Shown one piece after another: positions 47,597 through 61,562 of a stretch of 64,000 nt of DNA (position 1 is the first letter of the stretch; every line of letters starts with the position of its first letter). The stretch is from the human T2T-CHM13v2.0 reference genome, Homo sapiens. Under the pieces are notes generated by a model, which had not been told where the DNA came from, ran no database searches, and saw only the letters and a list, made by a program, of their open reading frames with translations. The stretch lies in the NCBI RefSeq assembly GCF_009914755.1, contig NC_060925.1; one strand, given 5' to 3'. Position numbers and translations under genes: made by a program.

Positions 47597-48603
47597 GTAC
47601 CTGTCATTAGAACTTCCTATGCATACATAAACATGTTTCTTGTATTCCTGTATCGAAAGTTTCAAACTACACACTAGTGCTTATGATTACTTCTTTGCAA
47701 AGATATGACAATTCAATTGGATGCTTTCAATTAATGTTCAGAGAGTTTTGCCTGGTCTGTAATGTCAGACACTTTTCTTATCAAAGAAGGTTGGAATTTA
47801 TGAGACATGGCAAGAGAAAACCATCAAAGGGTATTTTTAAAGTCCATATTAATGATTACTGCCACCCTCCTTTTAAAAAACAGTGAAAGAAAATGTCAGG
47901 AAAGGAGTTCAACAAACTAATACTGCTATTGCTTATAGTTTCCTTTTATCTTAAGTCTATGTTCTGATTTTAAAAAAGTTAATATCAGAGGTGCATTTGG
48001 GCTTTCCACATATTTTATAATAGTTGTGCAAATACATAAAAGTGTATATATTCTTACATTCCTGTGGTATAGCCCTTTAACAAAGTGTATAGGTATAGTC
48101 CAAATAAACTTAAAGCATACCTAATTTCTTAGCTGAAAAGCCAGGACCCTTTGGAAGTATTAAGGATTATGTATTATGACTTTGTATCAGAGTGTCAGAA
48201 ACCCTGGCTTCAGATATAACAGGAGGGAGGAGGTGGGGAGTCGTAAGAAGGACCGGGTGTGCATGCATTGTCTACATTTTCTTCAGAGCAGGAATAAAAT
48301 CAGTCACCAGTGATCTTTCATGCAACATAAAGTTGGACTTCCTGGGCTTGTTCTGCTCAGCTGTGACTCCACTCAGTGTTATCAACTCTGTGTGGCATTT
48401 GGTTATCCTACCATTGCTGCTCTCAGGCCTTTTGTCAGAAACCATGCTGATTTTACTGCCATTTTTTTCTTCCCAAAACATAAGAGCTTTCAAAAGTAAC
48501 TTAATGGGAAGCAGCTAGACGTTTTAAAAGAGATGGAGGAAAAACAAAAACCCGAAACCTTCTTCCTTCCAAATATTCTGAAATATAAGACCCAAAATGA
48601 ATG

Positions 48604-48615
48604 TGACCTTGACCC
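48604..48615 (-). promoter_or_regulatory. Perfect ERR response element within a DR0 (GGGTCA AGGTCA)
   Basis: The plus strand reads TGACCTTGACCC. Confidence 0.45.
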
Positions 48616-50399
48616 AGCCTATACATTTCACCAAGGGGTCTAAACCCTGGGGAATCCCAGGCCTTCCCTCCAGAACACTTACACACATACTCACATGATA
48701 TAGTGCTGTCTCAGGATTAACTTTTACAAAAGAACAGAAGTATCTCGAACTTTCACTCTAGAGTCCCGTATCTTTTTCAGTATTTCCTAAAACATTTAAA
48801 TTGTGTTTTCCCCTCTCTATCACACTGCAAAGGTGACAGTCAACTTTTATCATTCAACATCCTTTTGGGAGCATCTTTCCTTCTGTACCCTTAGTTCAGA
48901 TTTACCAGCAACTGTTAAAAAATATCTGCCTAGGAACTCTATATAAGAAACAATGAGTTTGGCCTAAGCTACTGCTGTGATGATTCACAGATAATCATTC
49001 AGCCGCCGGGCTCTATTTATATATTTATTTCAGTCACTAATTTCAGATTTTATTCCTTAGTATCTAAGTCAGTACAACCAGGCAAAAGAGAAAGAACTTT
49101 TTTTTTTTTTTTTTTTGCCACATTTTAATCTAGTTGCGTGTTGCGTAAAAGATTTGGTGGGAAACTTTGAAAGTAATGAATCACATGAACTTTCTCAATG
49201 ATTTGTGGATTTCACTCTCAAACGTTCCTTTTCTATTTCAACTCCATTATAATGGATAATTGAGAACTGACTACACAGATGGGGAATGCATCCATCCATT
49301 CATTCAACAAATATTTCAAGATGATGACAGGGACATCAAATTTGCTACATGTAACTAGGCCTTCTTAAAAGAGGCAGATGATGATAGACTATGGAAGAAG
49401 GAGAGTATGGCTTTCATGTTTATATATTTTGGGTATTCCATGAACACATTTACAAAGAACAATAAAGAGAAAGGGGCTGCATAGCGGATATTTTATAGGT
49501 TCCAAAGCAATTCATGATTTTATCACATCTACTGTTTTCTTTGAATAAGATATTTTAAATAAAAACTGACTTTACTTTTTTTCAAAGCAGCAAACTGGTG
49601 AATTTTTGATGTTCTGTAATTTCCTGAATTATGGTTTTATATTAAATGTCATTCCTCCCAGAGTGGTAGCAAATTACATGATTTGCCTTTAAAGCAAAAA
49701 TTAATTTGTGAATTTCAAGTCATGATTTGCCTTCATTCCACCTAGACCAGGACTCTAGATCTTAGAGCCCCCCAAACTCAGCTACTGTATATTGTAAAAA
49801 GGAGCATTTGGTTAAATAAATGGCTAAATTATCAAAGTGACTATATCATATCCCGAATTATCAATTATATACAAACTACATACTATATAGAAAATAGCTT
49901 TGTTATATTCAATAGCATATTATACTGTGGTTGGTGAAAATAAAATTCCTTTTTACTCCTATTTTCTTATATTTACCTCACATGGTCCCCACATATAAGG
50001 AAAGAATGACCTTTTTAACTCAATCCTTGCTGTCAGTCCCCAAAACCCAATCTCCAAATTCTGTGGAGTCTCAAGTAGCTGAATCAGAGCAATCAGTAGA
50101 TGTTTATAGAACTGAATCTTCTTCCTTTAGTGTAGACCATCAGTGGCAGAAACAACAAGAAACAGTATGCATTTTTATGCTAAGGATTTACTTTGCAATA
50201 TATACTGTTTCAAAGTTTTCAACTTCTTCTATTCCAGGGGCTATTTGTATTTGCTAATGATTGTAGTTAAATAGTGAATACTTTCCTCCTGGATGAGGGG
50301 TCCCTATTAGTAGCAATCCAGAGATGTTGCCTGACCCTGGCCCCCCTGCACATTACAGGGAATCTAAAAAAACTAACTTTCCCCCAGAAACCTGAAATA

Positions 50400-50590
50400 G
50401 TTTGGACCCAAGTAGTGTGCATTCCCAAAATGCTGTTGTACCCCAGATAAATCTAGCTTCTTGCTGCCAGATCTTAAGGAAGCCTGTGTACTTTAATTTT
50501 CTCATCTGAAAAATGTAGATAGCATCTGCTCTATCTAATTCACAGGCATGTGTGGAAATAGATGCAATAAAATGGAAAGCCCTGGCATTC
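50400..50590 (+). mobile_element. MIR
   Basis: aattttctcatctgaaaaatg. Confidence 0.55.
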
Positions 50591-53269
50591 AATAAAATCC
50601 ATTCTCTTCCCAATCTCATCAAAACCAAACTACTGAAAAAAAGCAATATATAAATATTAGGGTTTTTTCTCTTCTTTTTGTATTCTAGGATATCAGAATG
50701 ACATGTTATGGTGGACAAGTTCAAAGAGTTTGGGAAATGTGCCATTTCTTGGTCCTGGAATAAGAGAATGATTTGGGGTGGGGGATCGAGAAGATTATTT
50801 TAACCAGCCAGGCATTCCTACTCATTTTTCTCTGCATATCGCCACAACTTGGACACAACAGGAGCTTCAACGAGAGGAATTTGTACTTATCAGAATCAAG
50901 AAAATCAGGTTTTTTCTCTCTTTGACAGATATAGTTCTCACAATGGGTCTCAATAAAGCCTTTTCCCCACTAGGAATTGAGAGATAGCTCATTCTAGCTA
51001 CTTTAAAAGAGAACGAGGCAGGGAAGGGGAGCTATGAATAAGATTTCCAAAGCTACAGAACTTGCAAATATCTAAAGAGGCCAGTATTTACTTCAAGAAA
51101 TTAAAGAGCGAAATGTTGACACTGAAATAACAGAAAGCTGAAAATACTCTTAGTACTCTCATTATATTCTATCATGTAATAGAAAAGTTGTACACTTTAA
51201 ATGTGTACAACAATTCTCTATGCAAAGAATGGTCCTCATTGGGTTTGGGAATATCTTTGGGATCCAACAGGAACAGCATGTCCTAGAGTAGAGACTGAAA
51301 AACATTATCACAAATAGGCCCATATCTCATAACTGAGATGTCTAGGGTACGCACACCCATCTCCCCAAGACCAAGGTGGGAGATGCCAGTATACAAGTCC
51401 TTCTAAACTCATTCCCTCTCCTCATAAAGGCATTTCCACAGCTCCCAGAACTCCTATCTCAGGTTGTCATTGCAACTTTATGCAATGCTTTGCTCTAAAC
51501 AATTCACTAATTCAGACTGTAAATCTTTATTATAAAGATTTCCTTCTCCTAAGCAGTAATTCTCTCTGCTCTGGTGGGGAGAGGAATGATTTGTTTTTTC
51601 GTTACTGGTTATTTATAAGATATCTACTCTAGATTAGTCCTGCTTGAGTGACATCCTAAATGGCTCATTCCCCAGCAGTACTCTACTTCTGATGGGAGAC
51701 TGACAACCTCTACTTAGAATGTCTTTCATGGTACACAATGAAGTGTAAAACTGCTGTGAAAAAGCCCATGTTTCAAAACAAACCATCTCTATAATAAGCA
51801 CTTAAAACACTTTTCATTAATATATTTCTTTGTGTATAAAACAAAAGCTTAATGCTGCAACATGGCCTTTGACAATTTTTTTTTGGCAAAAATAAACACT
51901 ATTTCAGTTTTTAGCTAGACCAAAATAATGAAAATGTAAGTGAGGCTTGTTTGAGATTTTACCCACATCCACACTCTTAATGCTGGTGCAAACTGTGTTG
52001 TTTTCAACCAAAACATTAAAGTTCAACAAAAATCCAAAGGCAAAAAGCTTGAAGTAGTAAATTTAGAATCTAACAACCTTTCTATCTCAGGTATTAGCAA
52101 ATACCTATGGTCTAGAGAGATATAGTCCTCTCTAATCCTTATCTGAATTTGCAATTAAGACTTCAGAGCCACAGATATCTGTACACAGTTCTGTACACAG
52201 TTCTGCTCTCTTAATTTTAAATGACTGAACCCAAATCAAATCAGGCTTCAAATACATTGAAAAGTAAATGTCTAATGTCTAATTGAACTAATAGATAGTA
52301 CTCTTTAATACAGTTAATGCTTAGTGCCAGATTTAGGAGCCCAGGAGCTGCAGAAATAAGAGAAATGAACAAATAAACAGCATTAAAAAAGAAGAGGAAG
52401 AAAGAAAGAAAATCCTCCTTGGAAAACTTGTCATGAAATTATGATGACTTGATTCCTTAATATAAATATAAAAGCAAGCAAATTCATGTTGATTCTTTCC
52501 TGCCATACCTCCTCCTCCCGTGATCTAAATGTGCTCTGAATTAGATTCCCATTCACTTCCATTAATTGTCACCTCCAATAGAATATTGTAAGAGCCTCAA
52601 AATGAAGCACTTATGAGTTTTCTTTTTCAGTCTCTTGTGGGCTTCTCTCAGTTTATCGCAAATGAACAATCATGTTGGAAGGGCCTCCGTCTGTTTAATG
52701 TCATTAGCGATTGTTTCATAAAACAAACAGCCGCTCCACCATTCGGCTGCAGTTAATCTTAAATCTAAATGTGGCGGCACTCAGGGAGAGCCTCAGACGT
52801 GGTTTGTTCTCACCAATGCAAGTCTCTTAATCTATTGCAAGTCAAGGCGCTTATCTCTCTGCTCAGTTCAGAGCAGGGATTTCTTTGTCCAAATACTAAA
52901 CCAAACCCAGTTAACATTTTGAGTCCAGAATTTTTTTTTTTAACCTCCTGGGCAATTTTTTTTAAAGCGACTCAAAGTCTACAGTATATTTATTTGTTGA
53001 CTGTACTATTTTACAAATATTTTCCCAATACTGAGAAAGTCAAATTCTTTTTCAGGTTGGCGCCTACAAGCCAGCCTAATCAGTGAGTTTGGGAATCCTG
53101 ATAAAAGGCTAAACTGAGAACAAAAACACATTTACAGACCTGGGAATGATGGGTACTTGGAAAGTCAAAGAATTCAGGGGGTTATGTACTCCCAAAAGAG
53201 TCTGATTACCCCCATAAATTAGGCTTAATCACTAGTATCTTAATAATAATATTATTATTTAGCATAGAC

Positions 53270-53470
53270 ATGGTCTTGAGTACTTACTATATATTTTTTT
53301 TCATGGAAACAGCCAAATAACCCCTAAGAAGGTATTATTATCCCCATTTTCAGATAAAGTAGCTAAGGCTGAGAGAAGTAAAGAAACTTGCAGGAGGTCA
53401 CACTGCTGGTACCATCATTTCAAACAAGGTCTAACTGGCTTTGAAGCATATGTTCCTAGCCATAAGGCCC
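53270..53470 (-). mobile_element. MIR
   Basis: attattatccccattttcagataaagtagctaaggctgagag. Confidence 0.8.
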
Positions 53471-54249
53471 CATTAAAACTGGCCATCACACCAATTTGAA
53501 AATCCATGTCTATAACGATCATATATTCTGCAGTTCCTGGGAGAGTTCTAATTTGCAAGTTTTTGTACCTCTGCCAGATAATGTGCCCCAGATTTTTAGT
53601 GGAAAATATTATGGTTCTATGCTACAGTTTCTAGCAGCAGAAGCCTGCCTGTTGCTGCTCAGGCTCAGATAGCAAAGGCTGCTTCAACAAATAACTACCC
53701 AGTTTTGCCACCATAGCTTAACGGAGGGGCTCTGTCCAAGTTCTCTGACTTAGTCTCCCCAGGTGGAAACTTTCAGGTTCCAGCTACAGCCCTGTGTACC
53801 CCAGCAAACCTCCTAAGGGTCTCCTCCACCCACCACATGGTTTTCCCCCCATTCACTCAAGGCCTTTAAACCTTTGCCTGCTCTTCTGTTGAGTTCTTTT
53901 TTGATTTTTAAAACCCTTTTGTTGTTTTTCAATTTCCACCTGCTCCCAAATAAAACCAAAAGATATTGGAAGGCAGAAATCAAAATCTGAAGCTCCTTAC
54001 ATAGTATTGAGTAGCCACTCAGTCAGCTGATAAGCTGGAAAACATTTATTCATTGAATATCTGTTAGTCCCAAGCACTAGGTAGGCACCAGGTATACTAA
54101 TATTTGCTTCCTAATATACCTACTATACTAATAGAACAATTTTTTTCTTGTTCTAATAATTTGTTGAAGAGAATCTGAAGGTCATACCTCATTCATATCT
54201 CTCTGCTCTGGCTTTTTGGAATTATTTTCAGCTCCTTAGAAGGGATGAG

Positions 54250-54605
54250 GGGACAAGCACTTTTGCCTCCAAGCACTTGCACATATGGGTCCCTTAGCCT
54301 AGTACATTATCATCCCTCTCCTTACTTGCCTAGTTCCTGCTCAACCTTCAGATCTTAGAACACATGTCACTTCTTCAGGGGTATGCCCCCATTCACTGCA
54401 TCCCTAAACGGGGTAAGTGTCCCTCTGATTGGTTTCCACGGCATCCAGGATTTTCCCACATCCTGTGCATGTCTTCCACATGTCTGTAAGCACCATGAGG
54501 GATAGGGACTGGTCTGTCTTGTTCAACATTGTCTCCCCAGCGCAAGGGACCATGCCTGGTACAGAGGTGGTGCCCAATAAATACTGCCTGCATGGATAGA
54601 TGCAT
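54250..54605 (+). mobile_element. L2 3' fragment
   Basis: ctgtaagcaccatgagggatagggac...gcctggtacagagg...caataaatact. Confidence 0.8.
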
Positions 54606-54854
54606 AGAAAAAAAGGGTGTGTATCTTAGAATAAATTTTTTTTCTCATAACCAATAAAAAACATCTCAAATTCTTTTAAAATGGAGATAGAATATTTATA
54701 TTCTGAAGAATATATATAAGAAAAGATATAGAGAATAATATAAGAATATAAATAAGCATATATATGTGTATATATATATGACAATATACGACTATATATA
54801 ATAACTGATATCCATGGCCTGAGATTTTGCTCTTTTAAAATCCAAATTGAAAAC

Positions 54855-55007
54855 CCAGTGTGGTAGCATGCATCTGTAGTCCCAGCTACTCAGGAGGCTG
54901 AGGTAGGAGGATCACTTGAGCTCAGGAGTTTGAGGCTACAGTGAGCTATGATTACACCACTGTAATCCAGGCTGGGTGACACAGGGAGGTCTTTTCTCTA
55001 AAAATAA
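54855..55007 (+). mobile_element. Alu monomer (FRAM/AluJ right arm)
   Basis: tgtagtcccagctactcaggaggctgagg...gctacagtgagctatgat. Confidence 0.88.
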
Positions 55008-56369
55008 CATAAATTAAGTAATTTAAATTGAGAGGGAATAAAGGACATTTTGAATGGAGTTTAAAAACATCCCAGAAAGGATAAGGGGAGGCTTAAGCAG
55101 AGGGATCAGAAGAAGGAGGGCATGTACACTTTTCATGTTTTGCAGTTTTAACCAGGAAAATCACTATTTTATTAATATGTACTTAGAATTCAATTCAGTT
55201 TAATCAATAGTCATTGATCGTTAGCTGATAGGATAGACACTCTACTAGACATTATGAGGTGGTGGGAGGTGATAAAACATCCCAGTTGTAAGAATGTATA
55301 AGCAGAGGAATAGAAAGGAGGGCCAAGACAGCAAAGACAGGTGGACATTCCTTTCAAGGGCTGCAAGTCTCTCGTTTGCTCAGTCTCCTTTATTCATATC
55401 GGCTCCATCTAGCAGCCCCAACCCACTGTTGCCCCTTCCAAAGTCCACCTCAACCTCCCCCTGGGGACAGGTGTTAATGTCTAGGAGAGAAAAAAAAGGA
55501 GAAATAGAAAGTGAGATCTAAATTGAGATTTGCTTCCTGATAAACCTACTACACAAATAAAAAAAAAAAATTTTCTTGTTCTAGAAATAAGGTGAGTTTT
55601 ACTACCTTATACATACTTCCTTTTTTTTATCAATTCCTGGTATTTCCTTTTTGTAAACTCTAGATCTTCTAGAGTCAGCTCTGAGTAAAATGATTATTTC
55701 CTAATTTAAACAATTAATACAATAAGTGTACTGGTCTTCAGAATCAAACAAGGTTTTGAAAAGTGGCAAATTTCAGTAATGGAAACCAGAAAACAAAGTA
55801 AAACAATCTTACAGGTAATCTTATATCTTGACTCAGAGTAAATATTTGGTGAGTGCATAAATGATCCATAATTTCATTGTCACCAGAAGCATCTATCTCA
55901 ACAAATCTCAAATCAGAGTGGTTACAAATAATCAAATGGGCTGACTTGGGTTCACTGTATTCTTCCTGTCTCTGCCAGTGCCTACTATCTAAAGAATACA
56001 ACAATTAAAAACAGTAATAACAGCAACAAGGCAATACTTTGAAAAGAAGCAAAATTAATCTTTTACCTGTATTACCAAGCATTAAAAGGCTGTGCTTTCT
56101 GTATTAGGCTTAAATATGACCACAGTTTGAAATACCTTAATACTTGTCAAGTAATGGGAAAATTGATATGGCTCATTTACAAGTCCTTTCTTCCTTTCCA
56201 CTAGTTTGTGACTTAAGGTATACAACTTGGAGCTGTCCAGCTCTTCAATCCATTCCCCAGTTTTCAGGGAATCAGTTTCATGCTTTACACCCTGAGGGTG
56301 TATATATAGTTCTCCAGTTGTCTGACTCTCAAGTACTACGATAATGGTACCTTGTAGTGGCTATTAACA

Positions 56370-56545
56370 ATAACAATAGTCATACCAACACTTTGCCAAG
56401 TGCTTTAGACCCATTGCTTTATTAATTCTCACAATAACACTCTAGGATGGGTGTTATATTATTAAATGCCCTTTTTCCCTTCAAATAGGCAAAATGAAGC
56501 TTGGAGGGCTGTGTAAATTGCCCAAGGCTCTGGAGCTATTAAGAA
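56370..56545 (-). mobile_element. MIR adjacent to the L1 insertion site
   Basis: caagtgcttta...aattctcacaataac...aattgcccaagg. Confidence 0.65.
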
Positions 56546-56555
56546 TGAGCCTATT

Positions 56556-57123
56556 TCTAGAACTAGAAATACCATTTGACCCAGCCATCCCATTACTGGG
56601 TATATACCCAAAGGACTATATATCATGCTGCTAATAAAGACACATGCACACGTATGTTTATTGCGGCATTATTCACAATAGCAAAGACTTGGAACCAACC
56701 CAAATGTCCAACAATGATAGACTGGATTAAGAAAATGTGGCGCATATACACTATGGAATACTATGCAGCCATAAAAAATGATGAGTTCATGTCCTTTGTA
56801 GGGACATGGATGAAATTGGAAATCATCATTCTCAGTAAACTATCACAAGAACAAAAAACCAAACACCGCATATTCTCACTCATAGGTGGGAATTGAACAA
56901 TGAGAACACATGGACACAGGAAGGGGAACATCACACTCTGGGGACTGTTGTGGGGTGGGGGGAGGGATAGCATTGGGAGATATACCTAATGCTAGATGAG
57001 GAGTTAGTGGGTGCAGCACACCAGTATGGCAGATGTATACATATGTAACTAACCTGCATATTGTGCACATGTACCCTAAAACTTAAAGTATAATAATAAA
57101 AAATAAATAAATAAATAAATAAA
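56556..57123 (+). mobile_element. 5'-truncated young L1 (L1PA2/PA3-like) 3' end
   Basis: ORF2 C-terminus DTCTRMFIAALFTIAKTWNQPKCPTMIDWIKKMW...FSLIGGN*, the 3' UTR and a (TAAA)n tail. TSD aagaatgagc at 56541-56550 and 57124-57133. Confidence 0.96.
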
Positions 57124-58094
57124 AAGAATGAGCACCCTGTAGTAATAGATAGGCTAGGGAGCATTTTTTTCTGCAACAGTTCTTAGGTCTAAAAACTTAA
57201 TTCTTGAGCTCAAAACACTTCCCCAAAGGAAAGGGAATACCAATATAAGTGTAGAAGTACCTTACACAAACAAATCCCTGGATTATTATTCATATGAAAT
57301 TCTCAAGACTGTAAATTTTTGATAGCCTATGAAGCAAGCATGTAACAAATGATTTTTGGATTAAACTCATAAGTTACCTAAGAGTGCTAACTCCTATAGA
57401 AATTTTCTTTTGATCAGTTCTTACCATTTATAGGCTAAAAAATCAACTAAAAAAATGGGTTAGTGCAGGCAAGAAGGGGAGACAATTATATTGGGAAGCT
57501 ATTTACACTGGGAAATGGCATTGATGTGAGAAAAGCAGTTGAGCTCATTTCCTCAATTCTACATTTTGGGTTTTCTTTCTTAAATGTATTAGATATGTTT
57601 TCATATACTATTTAATAAAAGTGTCTGGAGTGTATTTTCAGGCCATAACATGTTGTTGTTGGCTATGAAGTCTCTTTAGGAGGCACCATAATTTTCAATA
57701 AATCACTAAGAAAAACAGAAACTTTATTATTTAGAAAAAACAAAAAACAAACTCCTTTGCTCTCAACGGCAGTAGTTATACTGATTTTGAACCCTTTGGT
57801 TTTACAAATCCCATTTGAGTTCACACTACCTAACCAGTAAGGTGTATCAGAGGATAAGTGGGAGAGGGAGTGTGAGGGGAAAAAAAGAGGGAGGAGAATG
57901 AAAGAGAAACCTGAAAATAAATTATCAGAGAGAAAACTGGTCACAATATTAATATACGCTTAGCATTTTGGGCTAAAGTCGATTATTACCTCCCCTGATA
58001 TTGTAAGGTTAAGTTCAATTCTATTTTTTGATTTGCAGTTGTTCTTCCCAGTTAAATTTACTGCAACATTAAGTTGTTAAAGTTTTCACTGTGC

Positions 58095-58320
58095 ATGGGC
58101 AGTCACATGAAGAGAGCAAAGGTTTTGGATCCCAACAGATGTAGAGGTGGATGGATCTCAGATAATTACGAGCTCTGGGTAAACTGCTCAATGTTTATGA
58201 TCCTTGGTTTTGTCATCTATAAAATGGAATAATAATAGCCTATGTAGGTTTGTGATTATTATCTATAATAAATATAAAAACTTATGAGAATATTTAGCAC
58301 CGAGTAGGTATTCAATGTGT
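58095..58320 (+). mobile_element. MIR
   Basis: cttggttttgtcatctataaaatggaataataatag. Confidence 0.75.
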
Positions 58321-58600
58321 TACAGTCTTGAAGAGAAGACTAATCTGGGGAAAAAAAGTAAATAAAATTCAGGACAGATTGAAATAAATGCTGAGATAGT
58401 TCAAAGCAATGTCTTACAAGGTATGATACTTCTGTGGCTATCGGAATCTCCAGGGGCTCTTGTTAATCACACAAATTTCTGTGTCTCATCTCAGATCAGA
58501 GGCAGAGTCTCTAGGGGTTGGATTAAATCTGCAAATCTGCATTTTCAACAAACTACCTAATTGATTCTTTTTTTTTTCTTTCTCTCCCCCACTGCCCCCC

Positions 58601-59050
<450 letters not shown>

Positions 59051-59110
59051 ACATAGTTGATTGTTATGTTCACTGAAATTTGATATTTTCTACTAGAAAG
59101 AAAAAAAATT

Positions 59111-59590
59111 TGTATCCCTAAGAGATCCAACAGCGAACAGATGGCTCATTTAACCTCTGATCATTCCAGGAGGGTTGACTTACAAAGGGTCTAATTTAAA
59201 GAGACTAATTGCAGGGGTAGGGGAACAACAGATGCTGCAGGAACCCAGGGTGAAGAGCAGTGGAACTAGTCCACAAGGCCCAAAGTGAGAGGGGTGGGTG
59301 GAGTGCAGAACTTGGGAGAGGGAGAGTTGTGTGGAACAGCCGCCCTTCAGGGAAGCGGTGACACTCGACCAAGTGATACATCCAGAACAAGGCTTGGTGA
59401 GGGCCGGGGGCAGTAATCTGGAGTATAAATATCTTGTTCTTACTCTTCTTCTTCTCTCCAATCTCCTACTGAGTTTTCCCAATGGCCAGAGCCAAGTGGA
59501 AGTGAGAAAACCCAGGAGCCCCATTACCAATATTTGTCTTATTTAAGGCTGGAGATTGTCCTGGAGGGGCAGGTGGAAGATGTCTGGCAT
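59111..59590. mobile_element. Old ERVL-class LTR (LTR41/LTR33-like)
   Basis: aacagatggctcattt... and ctccaatctcctactg...cccaatggccagagccaagtggaag resemble the recalled consensus. Confidence 0.65.
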
Positions 59591-59699
59591 GGAAGAGAAG
59601 GGAAGGGCTGGAGGCAGGAAGGGAGAAAACATCACAAATAAAACAGCTCTTGAGGTTGTGAATGACTAAAACACTATTAACAACAATAATAATGATGAT

Positions 59700-59900
59700 A
59701 ATGGCTCTATTTACTGAATTTTTATTGTGTTCTACTGCTATAAGGACTTTCTATGCATTAAGTTGTTGGATGCTCACAACAGCCTGATAAGGCAGCCCTG
59801 TGATCACCCCTAGTCTTATAGATGAGAAACCTGAGGCAGGGAAAGGTTAACTTAACTGTGCAAGTTTACAGCTAGCTAGCAGGAAGCCAAATTTATCTGG
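59700..59900 (-). mobile_element. MIR
   Basis: ttatagatgagaaacctgaggcagggaaaggttaac. Confidence 0.8.
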
Positions 59901-61394
59901 ACAAGTTTACCTAGTTTATCAAGTTTATCAAGTCCCCTGGGACTGTACTGACAGTTATCCTGCTCTACTCTCTCCAAAGGCATTCTCTGAGGGAAGGTGG
60001 GTTCCATGCTGAGGGAAGAAGGTGAGCAAACAAATAGAGGACATAAAGGTGCCTGGGGTGTGAGGAAAACATGAAACATGATGGTGTAGTCAGACACTAA
60101 GGGATCTGGAGAGAGACAAGAAACCCTTGAACAGCCTTGGAGTTGCTTTTTTTCCTACTGGCAGTGGGGCGTTCCACTGCCTGACAAAGCTTTTGAACAT
60201 GCTGTTCCTATAACGTGGGTACTGAGCTAATCCCCGGACTTTAGCTGAACTCGACATGCTGAGGTTGAAGACAGCTTTATTGTTACTCACAAATGGAGTA
60301 TTACGGATCCCTGGTTCTTTTTCACCTTTCATTTCTTGCGACTGATGTAACTTTTTGTATCAGTAGCAATAGAAACAGAAACTCAAAATATCTCAAGGCA
60401 GTGGAGGTAAAAATAGAATGTAATAGTAAAGCAAAGCAATCTTCGTCACAAATCTTGTAAAGTGAACCTGTCGGGTTTTGATCTCTTCATTCAGCATACT
60501 TGTCCTCACGGAGGTGCACTCACATGGAAAAACTGGGACAAAGGAACCCGGTCCTTATTATTATGTTAGTATTATGTCTCTCTCTTTTTCTCCACTTTCT
60601 TATGCTTAATCAATTCTCAGCCCACCACAAAGATGAAGATAACTCCCTGCATTGGATATTTGAATTTATAGCTGCTGCTGTTTGGGGCACTCTGGAGGGA
60701 GGTACAATTATGCAGAGAAGACGTATATGTGGAGGAGGAGTGAGGAAAATGTAAGGAGAGAGTGGGCGAAAATCATCCCTGACTTTTCCTTGATTCTTAC
60801 TGATGCCCCCACTCCTGCCATCTTTCCCTCTCATTCTCACAGCCCCAGTCCAAATTTGGGGATTACTAAGATAAAAAAAGAAATAAGAAAACTGTTCATT
60901 CATTTACTGGAACTTTTCCAATACCATATGAACTGCTTTGGGACCGCAGCACACTCGATAGGTTTCAGTGCTAAAAAAAAAAATATCTCAACACTTTGGA
61001 ATTCTGTACCTGATTTAGTGGGAAAACCAGTGTGATATCTGATGTGATGGCAACAAATGCTTCACTACCTATCAAGAAGATGTCCTTAATTTTTATCAGA
61101 AGTTACACCAGAGACACTGACCTATTGCCAGCATTTATATAAAAAGAAAGTCAGAGTCTCTTTAGAAGGCTCTACCTTATCCATCACTGATCTCAATAAT
61201 TCTGCTCTCTGGGGTCAGACATGACTCAGACCAAATGCCTCTGGCTGTAGATCCAGTGTTCTCTATCCATTATTCAGTTAGCATAGATGTTATATATTTG
61301 ATTGTGGTTATTACATAATCTTTTTCTGAGCTAAAGAAATTTTTCTTCCCCTACAAATAAAACCTGATGAAGCTCGAATCATTTATAACCACTG

Positions 61395-61510
61395 AACTTA
61401 AGAACTAGAGGTGATCTTACAATCATATAATCCAACTCCCTGTTCTAACAGGCAAGAAAACTGAGGTACAGTAAAGGGAAAGGCACTTGTCCAAGGTCAT
61501 AATAAGTAGT
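61395..61510 (-). mobile_element. MIR
   Basis: gaaaactgaggtacag...cttgtccaaggtcat. Confidence 0.75.
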
Positions 61511-61549
61511 GAACCTGACTCAAAGTGTTCTTTTTTATTTGTCTCATCA

Positions 61550-61562
61550 TGCTGACTCAGCA
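61550..61562. promoter_or_regulatory. Perfect T-MARE TGCTGACTCAGCA
   Basis: Exact 13-bp Maf recognition element. Extra AP-1 TGACTCA sites at 61222 and 61516. Confidence 0.55.

Noticed and set aside
56576-56896. 106-aa ORF with a recognisable protein sequence
   Set aside because: It is the C-terminus of L1 ORF2 in a truncated, frameshifted copy, not a host gene. The same applies to 2795-2983.
60090-60370. CpG-containing unique block that might be an exon or an old LTR
   Set aside because: I could not assign splice sites, a coding match or a repeat family with any confidence.
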